This document shows positions 55,804 through 63,478 of a stretch of 63,478 nucleotides of DNA, in pieces. The position numbers and the translations under genes are program-made. Origin of the DNA: Fidelibacterota bacterium (GTDB lineage: Bacteria > Fidelibacterota > UBA8477 > JABMPR01); contig JAIPGJ010000003.1 in NCBI GenBank assembly GCA_021736185.1, forward strand, positions 1 through 63,478, given 5' to 3'. The first letter of the stretch is position 1; each line of letters starts with the position of its first letter. The notes under the pieces are model-generated. The model did no database searches, had not been told where the DNA came from, and saw only the letters and a program-made list of their open reading frames with translations.

Positions 55804-57555
55804 TTATTTCACCACGGCGAAGTGCCGGGCTGACAGGGTAAAGTGACCCTCTTCATCCAGGGGTAAATTCCCCATGAGAACTTCCTCTATCCCATCCCCT
55901 TTAAATTTGAATTCAGTCTCAGAAAAATTAAAGAAAACCAGAAGTGAACCATGTTTATAGGCCATAATCTTGCGATCATTGTCGGCAATAATGATTTCAA
56001 ATTTGGAATCCGGTTTGATCCAGGTCTTCCTCAGTTTTAATATTGTAGACATGGCCTTTTCAAGCTGCCGATCACCTTTTTTCCAATCGATTCTATCATC
56101 AAGGTGAATGTCGATATTTGATTTAGCCCCAATTTCCTGGCCCGCATAGATGAGTGGATTGCCCTTCATCAGAGCGATAAAAGCCCAGGATGTCAGATTC
56201 AGATCATTATCTGGAATGAGTTTGTGTGAACGGTCCTTATCATGATTTTCGGTAAAGCGCATTCGCAGGGCACCCTGGGGATATTGAAACTGCTCCATGT
56301 CAAAGGATCTTTTTATTTCTGAGGGATCAGCGTTCCCCTGGGCCAGTTGAGTGATCCCTTGCCAGATATTCCACGAATAGGTCATATTGTGTCCGTTTAA
56401 ATGGAGTTCAGGCTGGGCCCCCTCAGCCAGAAAGAACACTTCAGGGTTGATATGCTGACAATATTTCTTCGCTTCACTCCAAAAATCATTGGGTACTAAT
56501 TCGGCGACATCAAAGCGAAAACCATCCACACCCGTTTCCTGCAGCCACCAACCCAACATCTCCATCATCCAGCTTCTTAACTCAGGTTTGTCATAGTCAA
56601 GATCCGCTGTATCCCACCAATCAGTATTGGGAGAAACGATCTCGCCTGCTTCATTTTTGGTATACCAGTCGGGATGCTCTTTGATCAAAGGATTATCCCA
56701 GGCGGTGTGATTGAGCACCATATCCAAGATAATATGCATGCCTCGACGATGGGTGCTGTCTACCAGAGCTTTGAAATCATCCAGGTTACCAAAACGAGGA
56801 TTGACCTGGTAATAATTTTGCACGGCATAGGGTGAGCCAGGCGCGAATTTGTGGTTTTTAACACCTATTGGATGTATGGGCATAAGCCAGACCAGATCAA
56901 TTCCCAAAGCCTGAATCCGATCAAGGTCGGCGGTAACCGCCTTAAAGCTGCGATCTGCACTGTGGGACCTGACAAAAACTTCATAGATATTCGCATTCAT
57001 CACCCAATCCGGGGATTTGGGTGCTTGATGTTTACTCGCTTCACTTCGCAAAAGGTCAACCTCATCTGTATAGGGTTGCAGATAGACGGCTCCGGGAATA
57101 CCACCTGGCCCCCCAAGATCTTCGATACGGAGTACCAGTTGGTGCATCTTACCGTCAGCTAATTTATCCCCAATATCGAAATAGAATTTGATATTGTAAC
57201 CCATTTGTTTGCCAAATAGCCGTCCATCCAACCATACCACTGCATTATCATCAATGGAATCAAAGACCAGGGCCAGATTGTAACCGGCAGGAATATTTTT
57301 GGCCTGGATTTGAGTAGAATACCAGGCAAAACCGTCATATTGTTCATCCGCCCAGACTCCAGGGACCTGGGTTGTTTCCCAGTTTGATCGGTCGTACTCA
57401 TTGTCAAACCAACCTTGTCGCAATCCAACACGGGCAGAATCGTATTTCAATGTCCAGGGAGCATCCAATAGTTGCGTTTGTTTGGTGAGTGTGTCACATC
57501 CAGCAATAAAGATGATGGTCATACTGAGAGCGAGGATAAGCGTTAATTTTTTCAT
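55804..57555 (-). CDS. GH13 alpha-amylase-family lipoprotein with an N-terminal galactose-binding-like domain
   Basis: Signal ending IFIAGC. GH13 regions DMVLNHTA, GFRFDVAELV, FFLAEGA and FTENHDKDR. Confidence 0.8.
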   Translation of the reverse strand: MKKLTLILALSMTIIFIAGCDTLTKQTQLLDAPWTLKYDSARVGLRQGWFDNEYDRSNWETTQVPGVWADEQYDGFAWYSTQIQAKNIPAGYNLALVFDSIDDNAVVWLDGRLFGKQMGYNIKFYFDIGDKLADGKMHQLVLRIEDLGGPGGIPGAVYLQPYTDEVDLLRSEASKHQAPKSPDWVMNANIYEVFVRSHSADRSFKAVTADLDRIQALGIDLVWLMPIHPIGVKNHKFAPGSPYAVQNYYQVNPRFGNLDDFKALVDSTHRRGMHIILDMVLNHTAWDNPLIKEHPDWYTKNEAGEIVSPNTDWWDTADLDYDKPELRSWMMEMLGWWLQETGVDGFRFDVAELVPNDFWSEAKKYCQHINPEVFFLAEGAQPELHLNGHNMTYSWNIWQGITQLAQGNADPSEIKRSFDMEQFQYPQGALRMRFTENHDKDRSHKLIPDNDLNLTSWAFIALMKGNPLIYAGQEIGAKSNIDIHLDDRIDWKKGDRQLEKAMSTILKLRKTWIKPDSKFEIIIADNDRKIMAYKHGSLLVFFNFSETEFKFKGDGIEEVLMGNLPLDEEGHFTLSARHFAVVK

Positions 57556-57580
57556 CGTGGTTCCTAATTAATGTCTAGAA

Positions 57581-58414
57581 CTAGCCTTTGACCGACCCGA
57601 GAGTGAGTCCGCCAATCAAGTATTTTGTGAGGAAGAGGAAAAGCGCAATGGCAGGTAAGGAGACAATCATGGCTCCGGCTGCGTAGAGACCCCATTCCGT
57701 GGTCATATTGGCCTGGAAAGATTTCAAGCCAATGGGCAGGGTGAACATTTCCTTATACCAAAGCACCTGGGCGGCTACAATGTATTCAGTCCAGGCAGAC
57801 ATAAAGGAAAACAAGGCGGTAATCACCAGGGCCGGTGAGGCCAAAGGTAAAATAATTTTATAAAATGCCATAAATCTACTGGCACCATCAATGCGGGCAG
57901 CTTCTTCCAGTGAATAAGGAATCGTATCGTAGTAACCTTTCATTTGCCAGACGCAAAATGGCAATGCTGTTGAAGAATATATCACGATTAATCCAAGATA
58001 AGTGTTAATCAAATGGAGACTGGAAAGCATGATGAAAAGGGGCAATAGAAGCATGGTGGCAGGAAACATCTGGGTCACCAGAAGACTGAGAAGACTGGCA
58101 TCGCGTCCCGGAAAACGGAAGCGGGAAAGGGCGTAGCCTGCAGTGGAAGCCAGGGCAACACCCGTTACTACAACGGTAATCGTTACCAGAATGGAATTCC
58201 AGATCCATCGCCCAAAAGGATGATCTGTGAAAAGTTTGATATAGTTGTCAAAGGTCCAGTCATCAGGGATGAGGGCTAAACTTTCAGTTAAAAGGTTGTC
58301 ACCAGGTCGAATGGAAATAGTAATCACTCTGAGAATGGGAAAAATGGACCAGGCCACCGCAAGAAACAATGCGATATAAATCATGATATATTGGAGTGGT
58401 GATGTCTTTTTCAT
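57581..58414 (-). CDS. Carbohydrate ABC transporter permease (MalG-like, CUT1 family)
   Basis: Six TM helices. EAA-loop-like segment YSLEEAARIDGASRFMAFYKIILP. Confidence 0.8.
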   Translation of the reverse strand: MKKTSPLQYIMIYIALFLAVAWSIFPILRVITISIRPGDNLLTESLALIPDDWTFDNYIKLFTDHPFGRWIWNSILVTITVVVTGVALASTAGYALSRFRFPGRDASLLSLLVTQMFPATMLLLPLFIMLSSLHLINTYLGLIVIYSSTALPFCVWQMKGYYDTIPYSLEEAARIDGASRFMAFYKIILPLASPALVITALFSFMSAWTEYIVAAQVLWYKEMFTLPIGLKSFQANMTTEWGLYAAGAMIVSLPAIALFLFLTKYLIGGLTLGSVKG

Positions 58415-58530
58415 AGCTCTTCTCTACTTAGTCCATTCATCATCTTTTTTGCACCTTTTTTCACAACGGAACAAACGAATGGAACCTTTATATTTTTTTT
58501 CGTATCATCCGTCAAATTCGTTCTAAAACG

Positions 58531-58589
58531 CTCCTACTTCCTAACTCCTAACTCCTAACTCCTAACTCCTAACTCCTAACTCCTAACTC
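58531..58589 (-). repeat. Heptanucleotide tandem repeat, (TTAGGAG)n on the coding (minus) strand
   Basis: Six perfect CTCCTAA units on the + strand (58545-58586), two degenerate units (58531-58544) and one partial unit. The array starts directly after the TGA stop of the MalE-MalF fusion gene. Confidence 0.95.
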
Positions 58590-60936
58590 AATATGCCGTC
58601 TCAGTCGCTTTATTCTTCTGCATAAATTTCACTGAGAACACGGCCAGCATGAGGAATATCATAAAACTGAATGCTGCTGCATAACCATACCTGTAGAGAT
58701 TAAAGGCAGCGCGATATACAAAGCTTACCAGGATATGCGTTTGATCCCCAGGTTGCCCACCATTTGACACCAGCCAGACCACGTTGATGTTATTAAAGGT
58801 CCAGACAATACCCAGAGTAATGGCAGGGATCATGACTGGTTTCAGCAGGGGCAGGGTTATTTTTCTGAATTGTTGCCAGGGTGAAGCGCCATCAATGGAG
58901 GCTGCTTCATAAAGCTCTTGGGGGATAGATTGAACTCCACCCAGGGCGATAATCATCATGAAGGGAATTCCCAGCCATACATTGGTAATAATGACTGCAA
59001 CAAAAGCGTTGAATGGATCAATCAACCATGAAATAGGCTCAATACCAAAGAATTTATTTAGAATGATGTTCACTGCACCATAGTCTATGTTGAACATACC
59101 GCGCCAGGTCAGGGCGGTGATGTAGCTGGGTACCGCCCAGGGTAATATCAGCAACACTCGAATAATGCCCTTCCCTGGTAAGGGTCGATTCAGCAACATA
59201 GCCAGCATGACACCAAAAATGACGTGCAGAACGACATTCACCACGGTCCAGATGATGGTCTTTAGAAAGAAATAATAGAATTGAGAATCGGTGAGGACTT
59301 TCCCATACTGAGCGAGACCAATAATTCGCCAGTCATTAACCGTCGTCAACCCCATATTGGAGAATGAAATCACCAAATTATAGAAAAAGGGATAAACCAC
59401 GACTCCAAAAATGAACAGGGCCGCTGGAGCCACCATGAGCACTCCAAACCGAGATTCCTGAACCTGAACTCCTGGTACGCCACGCATGAGGGGTAGTATA
59501 AAGGCAACAAATAATTTATATAAAGCCCATAGGGCCAGGAGCAAACCTGCGAGATAGACTAAAATGGCCGTGATATTCACAGCATCTTTATCTGCATCCT
59601 GTCCTTCATACAATTCTGCAACCTTTTGAACTGCAAGTTCCTGTTGATACGCTGCACCTGCTTCCGGAGTCATGCTCCCACCGAGAACATTTTGATAGGC
59701 CGGGCGCATGGCATCCCAGATGGCCCTCATCTGGGGTGAGATCGGCATGGCTTTACCATGGCTTACCTGCTCAATAGAAGTCATGATGATGGGATCTTCA
59801 GCAATTTCGGGGCGTTCCCGTACTTCTAAGCGGGTTGGAATCGTGGCCAATCTACTGGCATATTCGAATTGGGCATGGGCGCTGGTTAAAAATTTCATCA
59901 GATCAATGACCTGTTTTTCACGCTCACCACTAAGATAGGGATTCATGTAGTATCCCTTGGTTGCAATCATAGGTGCTGGATACAGACCTGTTTCGTCATT
60001 GATTGGTAAAACAGCCAAGCCAAAGTCCACATGAGGTGAATCCATGTATTTAGCCCAGGACCAGGCACCGTTGATCAGCATGCCTGCTTCGCCGGTGTTA
60101 AATTTTGAGTCAGCAATATCATAATCACATTCCACAGGAATGATCTTGTGTATATCGCGCATGTCACGAACAAATTGAAAGGCTTTCACGGCTGCTTCAT
60201 TGTTCAAGGTAGGATTCTGATCCGCATCCATCACCCAGCCGCCAAAGGAAGCATAAAAGGGCATAAAAAAGAAGGGTTCAGTAAAATTCCAGACCAAACC
60301 GTATTGGTCGATATCACCATCTCCATCCTTATCGATGGTGAGCTTTTTTCCAAACTCAATGAGCTCCTGCATGGTCTCAGGAGGACGATTCAGACCAACC
60401 TCAGCAAATAAACGCTTATTGTAGACCAGAGCGAGGTGATTGCCCAACTCATCTCCAATCTGGTACAGGTGACCCTGATACCAGGTCAGACCCTTGGGAT
60501 CGAAAGCCGCTAATTCTGCTTCGGAGAAAAAGCTCTCAAGGGGTTTAACAATTTCCATTTCCACCAGGGCACCGGTAAAATCGCTGGGACCGTACAGCAA
60601 ATCCGGTCCACCCTCGGTAAATCCAGTGGCAGACATATAGGCCATGCGCACTTCTTCATTTTCCTTGTACAGCAAGTGGACGCTGATGTCAGGATGCTGG
60701 GCTTCGTATTCAGCAACCAGATCATTAAGTACCGCCCGGCTGGGAGCGGGCATAGGATGCCATAAATGAAGTGTTGTTTTCTCAGCGCCCAGAAGTGAAC
60801 CGAGCAGGAGCAAGCTTGCCAGGATATGGCCAAGGTGGGTTAACCTATTCTTCAAATTTCGGTTTATATGTGATCTGATAATACTTATCACATTACTCTC
60901 CCTGGGGCTCATTTGAATATTACTCATATCATTCAT
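58588..60936 (-). CDS. Fused sugar-binding protein (MalE-like) and ABC permease (MalF-like)
   Basis: Single uninterrupted ORF. It has a signal/anchor helix (ILASLLLLGSLLGA), then about 420 aa of family-1 solute-binding-protein sequence, then six TM helices with the EAA-loop-like segment ELYEAASIDGASPWQQFRKITLP. Candidate starts are ATG 60936, 60927 and 60912; the first overlaps the esterase stop. Confidence 0.75.
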   Translation of the reverse strand: MNDMSNIQMSPRESNVISIIRSHINRNLKNRLTHLGHILASLLLLGSLLGAEKTTLHLWHPMPAPSRAVLNDLVAEYEAQHPDISVHLLYKENEEVRMAYMSATGFTEGGPDLLYGPSDFTGALVEMEIVKPLESFFSEAELAAFDPKGLTWYQGHLYQIGDELGNHLALVYNKRLFAEVGLNRPPETMQELIEFGKKLTIDKDGDGDIDQYGLVWNFTEPFFFMPFYASFGGWVMDADQNPTLNNEAAVKAFQFVRDMRDIHKIIPVECDYDIADSKFNTGEAGMLINGAWSWAKYMDSPHVDFGLAVLPINDETGLYPAPMIATKGYYMNPYLSGEREKQVIDLMKFLTSAHAQFEYASRLATIPTRLEVRERPEIAEDPIIMTSIEQVSHGKAMPISPQMRAIWDAMRPAYQNVLGGSMTPEAGAAYQQELAVQKVAELYEGQDADKDAVNITAILVYLAGLLLALWALYKLFVAFILPLMRGVPGVQVQESRFGVLMVAPAALFIFGVVVYPFFYNLVISFSNMGLTTVNDWRIIGLAQYGKVLTDSQFYYFFLKTIIWTVVNVVLHVIFGVMLAMLLNRPLPGKGIIRVLLILPWAVPSYITALTWRGMFNIDYGAVNIILNKFFGIEPISWLIDPFNAFVAVIITNVWLGIPFMMIIALGGVQSIPQELYEAASIDGASPWQQFRKITLPLLKPVMIPAITLGIVWTFNNINVVWLVSNGGQPGDQTHILVSFVYRAAFNLYRYGYAAAFSFMIFLMLAVFSVKFMQKNKATETAY

Positions 60937-62209
60937 CAATACTGCTGGTGACCATGGGCCAAAAATAGGTCAGTGCTTCATCCAGATGAGCCCGCCAGGA
61001 GCCCCATGAATGCCCTTCGTGCCAGACCCTCCAACGCAGATTCCATGCATCATCGTATAAGATAGTCTTTAAAGTGGCTGAACTATTATAAATGGAAGGT
61101 TCATAGGTACCGGCATCCATATAAATTTTTGCAGCTAAAACCGGTGATTCTTCATATTGCTCAATCAGATCACCAAACCAGATGGCAGGCGAGAACGCCC
61201 CGCAATTTCCAAACACTTCAGGGTGTTGTATGGTAAAAAGGAGTGAGGTGAGGCCACCAAGACTTACACCGGCAACGGCTCGATATTCAGGCTCAGGCAT
61301 GGTTCTATATTGACCATCGATCCAGGGGACCAGTTCATTCACAAACATTTCCATAAAATTAAAGTCATAGGAATACTCATCGTTCCTGTTGATGGGATCC
61401 ACAAAAACAGCAATAATGGGGGGGATGAGTCCCTCAAATATCATGTAATCCAGAACATTTTCTGCAAAGGCCAAATTCAATTGCTCACTCCCATCGTGAA
61501 AGTAGATGCTCCGATAGCTTTGGGTCCCTGTTGCATATCCAGGGGGCATATAAACCTTGACTGATCTTGTCCTTCCTTGGGTGGTATCACTGAAGCTGTG
61601 TGTTGACAAGCTTCCATGAGGGATGGTATAGGATTCAATCTCAGGGGGCTGAATATAGCCTGCCATGGAGAGTTCAGAATTGGGTCCGTATCCACCGCTG
61701 CAGGTATTTGGATTTAATGGATCCAGAATCCAATTGCCATTGACGACCAATTTGTAGTCTTGTCTGGCATCATTTTCAAATTGATAACCGGCGTAATAGA
61801 GATTGGTGCCATTGAGGTGGTTAAAATTTTGATTGGTCGGATCCCAACCAGAAAAGTCCCCGGCAACTGCGACCTGGGGAAAAGAGCCATTTATGTATAG
61901 AAAATATGCGGTACTATCTTCAAGATATGGGATGCCTGTTGTGCTATCCGCCCACTGAACAAATGAGTCTACCAAGGCTTGTTTCTGATCGCTGGGTGCC
62001 TGATAAACTGAAGTAATAAAATTATTAAAGGATCCAGATAGCTGTTCGGGATCAGCTTTTCGAGGTGAAAAATCTTCAACCTCAAGGAGATTAAATTCTT
62101 GTGGGTCCGGTGCAGTTGCACAGGATTGAATGTGAACAGCACTGAAAAATAGCGATGTAAAGCAAAATGAGAGGAAACTGATCTTGTTCCATTTTGTGAA
62201 TGAGATCAT
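60929..62209 (-). CDS. Esterase-family alpha/beta hydrolase with an N-terminal CBM48/E-set-like domain
   Basis: Signal-like N-terminus. The GDFSGWDP...YKLVVNGNWILDP block resembles a glycogen-binding module. Nucleophile elbow GVSLGG. Confidence 0.65.
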   Translation of the reverse strand: MISFTKWNKISFLSFCFTSLFFSAVHIQSCATAPDPQEFNLLEVEDFSPRKADPEQLSGSFNNFITSVYQAPSDQKQALVDSFVQWADSTTGIPYLEDSTAYFLYINGSFPQVAVAGDFSGWDPTNQNFNHLNGTNLYYAGYQFENDARQDYKLVVNGNWILDPLNPNTCSGGYGPNSELSMAGYIQPPEIESYTIPHGSLSTHSFSDTTQGRTRSVKVYMPPGYATGTQSYRSIYFHDGSEQLNLAFAENVLDYMIFEGLIPPIIAVFVDPINRNDEYSYDFNFMEMFVNELVPWIDGQYRTMPEPEYRAVAGVSLGGLTSLLFTIQHPEVFGNCGAFSPAIWFGDLIEQYEESPVLAAKIYMDAGTYEPSIYNSSATLKTILYDDAWNLRWRVWHEGHSWGSWRAHLDEALTYFWPMVTSSIDE

Positions 62210-62232
62210 GATTGCTTATTTCCTTCTCCCTT

Positions 62233-62267
62233 AAAAAAACAGGGTGGAGAAGAACTTCTCCACCCTG
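62233..62267 (-). terminator. Intrinsic terminator after the T9SS-CTD protein gene
   Basis: Perfect 13-bp stem CAGGGTGGAGAAG / CTTCTCCACCCTG, followed on the minus strand by TTTTTTT. Confidence 0.8.
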
Positions 62268-62294
62268 TATATTATTAAACCAATCGCATTGCGA

Positions 62295-63478
62295 TTATTT
62301 CAACATGAGCATTTTCTTGCTGATGCTTTGATCACCGGTGGTCAAGGTATAGATGTACAAACCACTGGAAACCATATTTCCAGAATGATCCAGACCATCC
62401 CAGTTTACAGAATAAGATCCAGCATTGCTATGACCAGCTTTCAGTGTCCGTACTTCCTGACCAAGTGCATTATAAATGATCAGTTGAACATCACTAGCTT
62501 GTGGTAATACATAGTTAATGCTTGTTGTTGGGTTGAATGGGTTTGGATAGTTCTGGGCAAGGCTCAGAACGTTGGGAACTTCAAATTCATCCACACCAAC
62601 AGTACCTGTCATTGTATCATAATCCCATAGATAGTAGAAATTAGGATTGATACTTCCCCAGGCTGAAGCAATAGTATAGGTATCAGAAGCATCATTGATG
62701 TTCTCAATATGATTCAAACCATAACTACTTTCATTGTCACCACCACCAATACCGAACTTGAACTCCTGTCCAATGACGTTATTGGTGCTATCAGGTGCAT
62801 ATTCAAATTGAAGGGTGTAAACATTATCCCCAGCGGTAACATCACCATGGGTACCATCGTCAAAAAGTTGTTTGTCTTCAAGAGAAGACAGAGATATACC
62901 CCAACCTGTCCACTCTCCTGTTGCAGGACCATTCATAAATACACCCAGCGTGTCGATCTGACCAGACCTGGAGATATCGAAGTTACCCTGAATATCATTC
63001 AGAGTAATACCGTGGTCTACGTGCCAGTAAGCGGGACGCATATCAACTGTATAGGAAACTGTAACATGGCCACCTACAGCGTTGGTATTACGGAAAAGAG
63101 GTTGACGACGAGCATCCACCGTGCTAATTACATCATCCATGACCGTATTATCTTCAGCAGTGATTACCACAGCGCGACGCTCGGCTTCTGAAGGGGTATC
63201 ACCATTATAATCAAAGTTGAAATAGACTTCACGATATTCTGCACCATCATCATTCAATTTGTAATACTGATAGTACAGTTCGTCACCAAAGTTCAAAACC
63301 ACATCTGGAATGGTCACAGAGTAGAGATTGCCAAAGAGGCCTTCTTTGGTCAGACCGGCAACACCAACTTCCATGGCGGAACCAAAATAGCCATAACGAA
63401 CGATGACAGAGTCACCTACTTCATAACCGTTTTCGTTAATCGTTGTTGAGAAATCAGCCTTGAAGGTCAGGTCAGTTG
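62295..63478 (-). CDS. Secreted protein with a T9SS C-terminal sorting domain; 5' end lies beyond the window
   Basis: The frame stays open from 63374 to the window edge. CTD NYPNPFNPTTSINYVL...GLYIYTLTTG. The upstream part is a beta-rich, CBM-like sequence. Confidence 0.7.
   Translation of the reverse strand, partial: TDLTFKADFSTTINENGYEVGDSVIVRYGYFGSAMEVGVAGLTKEGLFGNLYSVTIPDVVLNFGDELYYQYYKLNDDGAEYREVYFNFDYNGDTPSEAERRAVVITAEDNTVMDDVISTVDARRQPLFRNTNAVGGHVTVSYTVDMRPAYWHVDHGITLNDIQGNFDISRSGQIDTLGVFMNGPATGEWTGWGISLSSLEDKQLFDDGTHGDVTAGDNVYTLQFEYAPDSTNNVIGQEFKFGIGGGDNESSYGLNHIENINDASDTYTIASAWGSINPNFYYLWDYDTMTGTVGVDEFEVPNVLSLAQNYPNPFNPTTSINYVLPQASDVQLIIYNALGQEVRTLKAGHSNAGSYSVNWDGLDHSGNMVSSGLYIYTLTTGDQSISKKMLMLK

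Noticed and set aside
58531-58589. Heptamer array considered as a CRISPR or telomere-like repeat
   Set aside because: The units are contiguous 7-mers with no spacers, and the unit is TTAGGAG, not TTAGGG. It is a simple microsatellite and is reported as such.
1-63478. Search for a defence or mobile system (CRISPR-Cas, restriction-modification, toxin-antitoxin, retron/DGR reverse transcriptase, integrase, transposase, prophage genes)
   Set aside because: No ORF in the six-frame track shows motifs of these families, and no spacer-separated repeats are present. The only mobility hints are the weak tRNA-Lys-end matches reported above.

Overview
63.5 kb, densely coding: about 50 genes and one tRNA. 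I saw no rRNA, CRISPR array, integrase, transposase, reverse transcriptase or cas gene.

Content in order:
- The 3' part of the Na+-NQR operon (nqrB'-C-D-E-F) plus apbE.
- An M28 peptidase gene and a DUF72 gene.
- A ~12.5-kb minus-strand envelope module. It encodes DUF11-domain proteins of 164/268, 599 and 2227 aa; the 2227-aa protein ends in two OmpA-like domains and is translationally coupled to a 1032-aa predicted outer-membrane barrel. An anomalous ~1.6-kb AT-rich ORF-free stretch lies upstream.
- Housekeeping genes: pgi, a flavin reductase with a membrane HdrD-like Fe-S protein, a KamA-family radical SAM enzyme, an FN3 lipoprotein, argF, hslVU, hflKC, rhodanese/MauE, and a stand-alone E2-type acyltransferase domain.
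- tRNA-Lys(UUU), followed by a small AT-rich islet: a structured ORF-free segment, a Zn-ribbon membrane protein, a 71-aa Cys protein and a TPR/HTH regulator.
- A fused double ABC ATPase.
- A Cu/Ag-type heavy-metal efflux island: HMBD lipoprotein, CopZ-like protein, an oversized CusA-like RND pump, a CusB-like adaptor with HMBD and DUF3347 parts, a TolC-like outer-membrane factor, and a Cys-rich first gene.
- An alpha-glucan utilisation operon: CBM48-esterase, a fused MalE-MalF, MalG, two GH13 enzymes, a GDE-type debranching enzyme, and T9SS-CTD proteins.

The T9SS C-terminal sorting domains together with Na+-NQR suggest a marine member of the FCB superphylum; this is inference only.

Most worth a second look:
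- the DUF11/OmpA/barrel module and its ORF-free upstream region with orphan terminators;
- the (TTAGGAG)n heptamer array inside the alpha-glucan operon;
- the fused MalE-MalF;
- the structured segment next to tRNA-Lys.

All family assignments rest on motifs read by eye. No database search was run.
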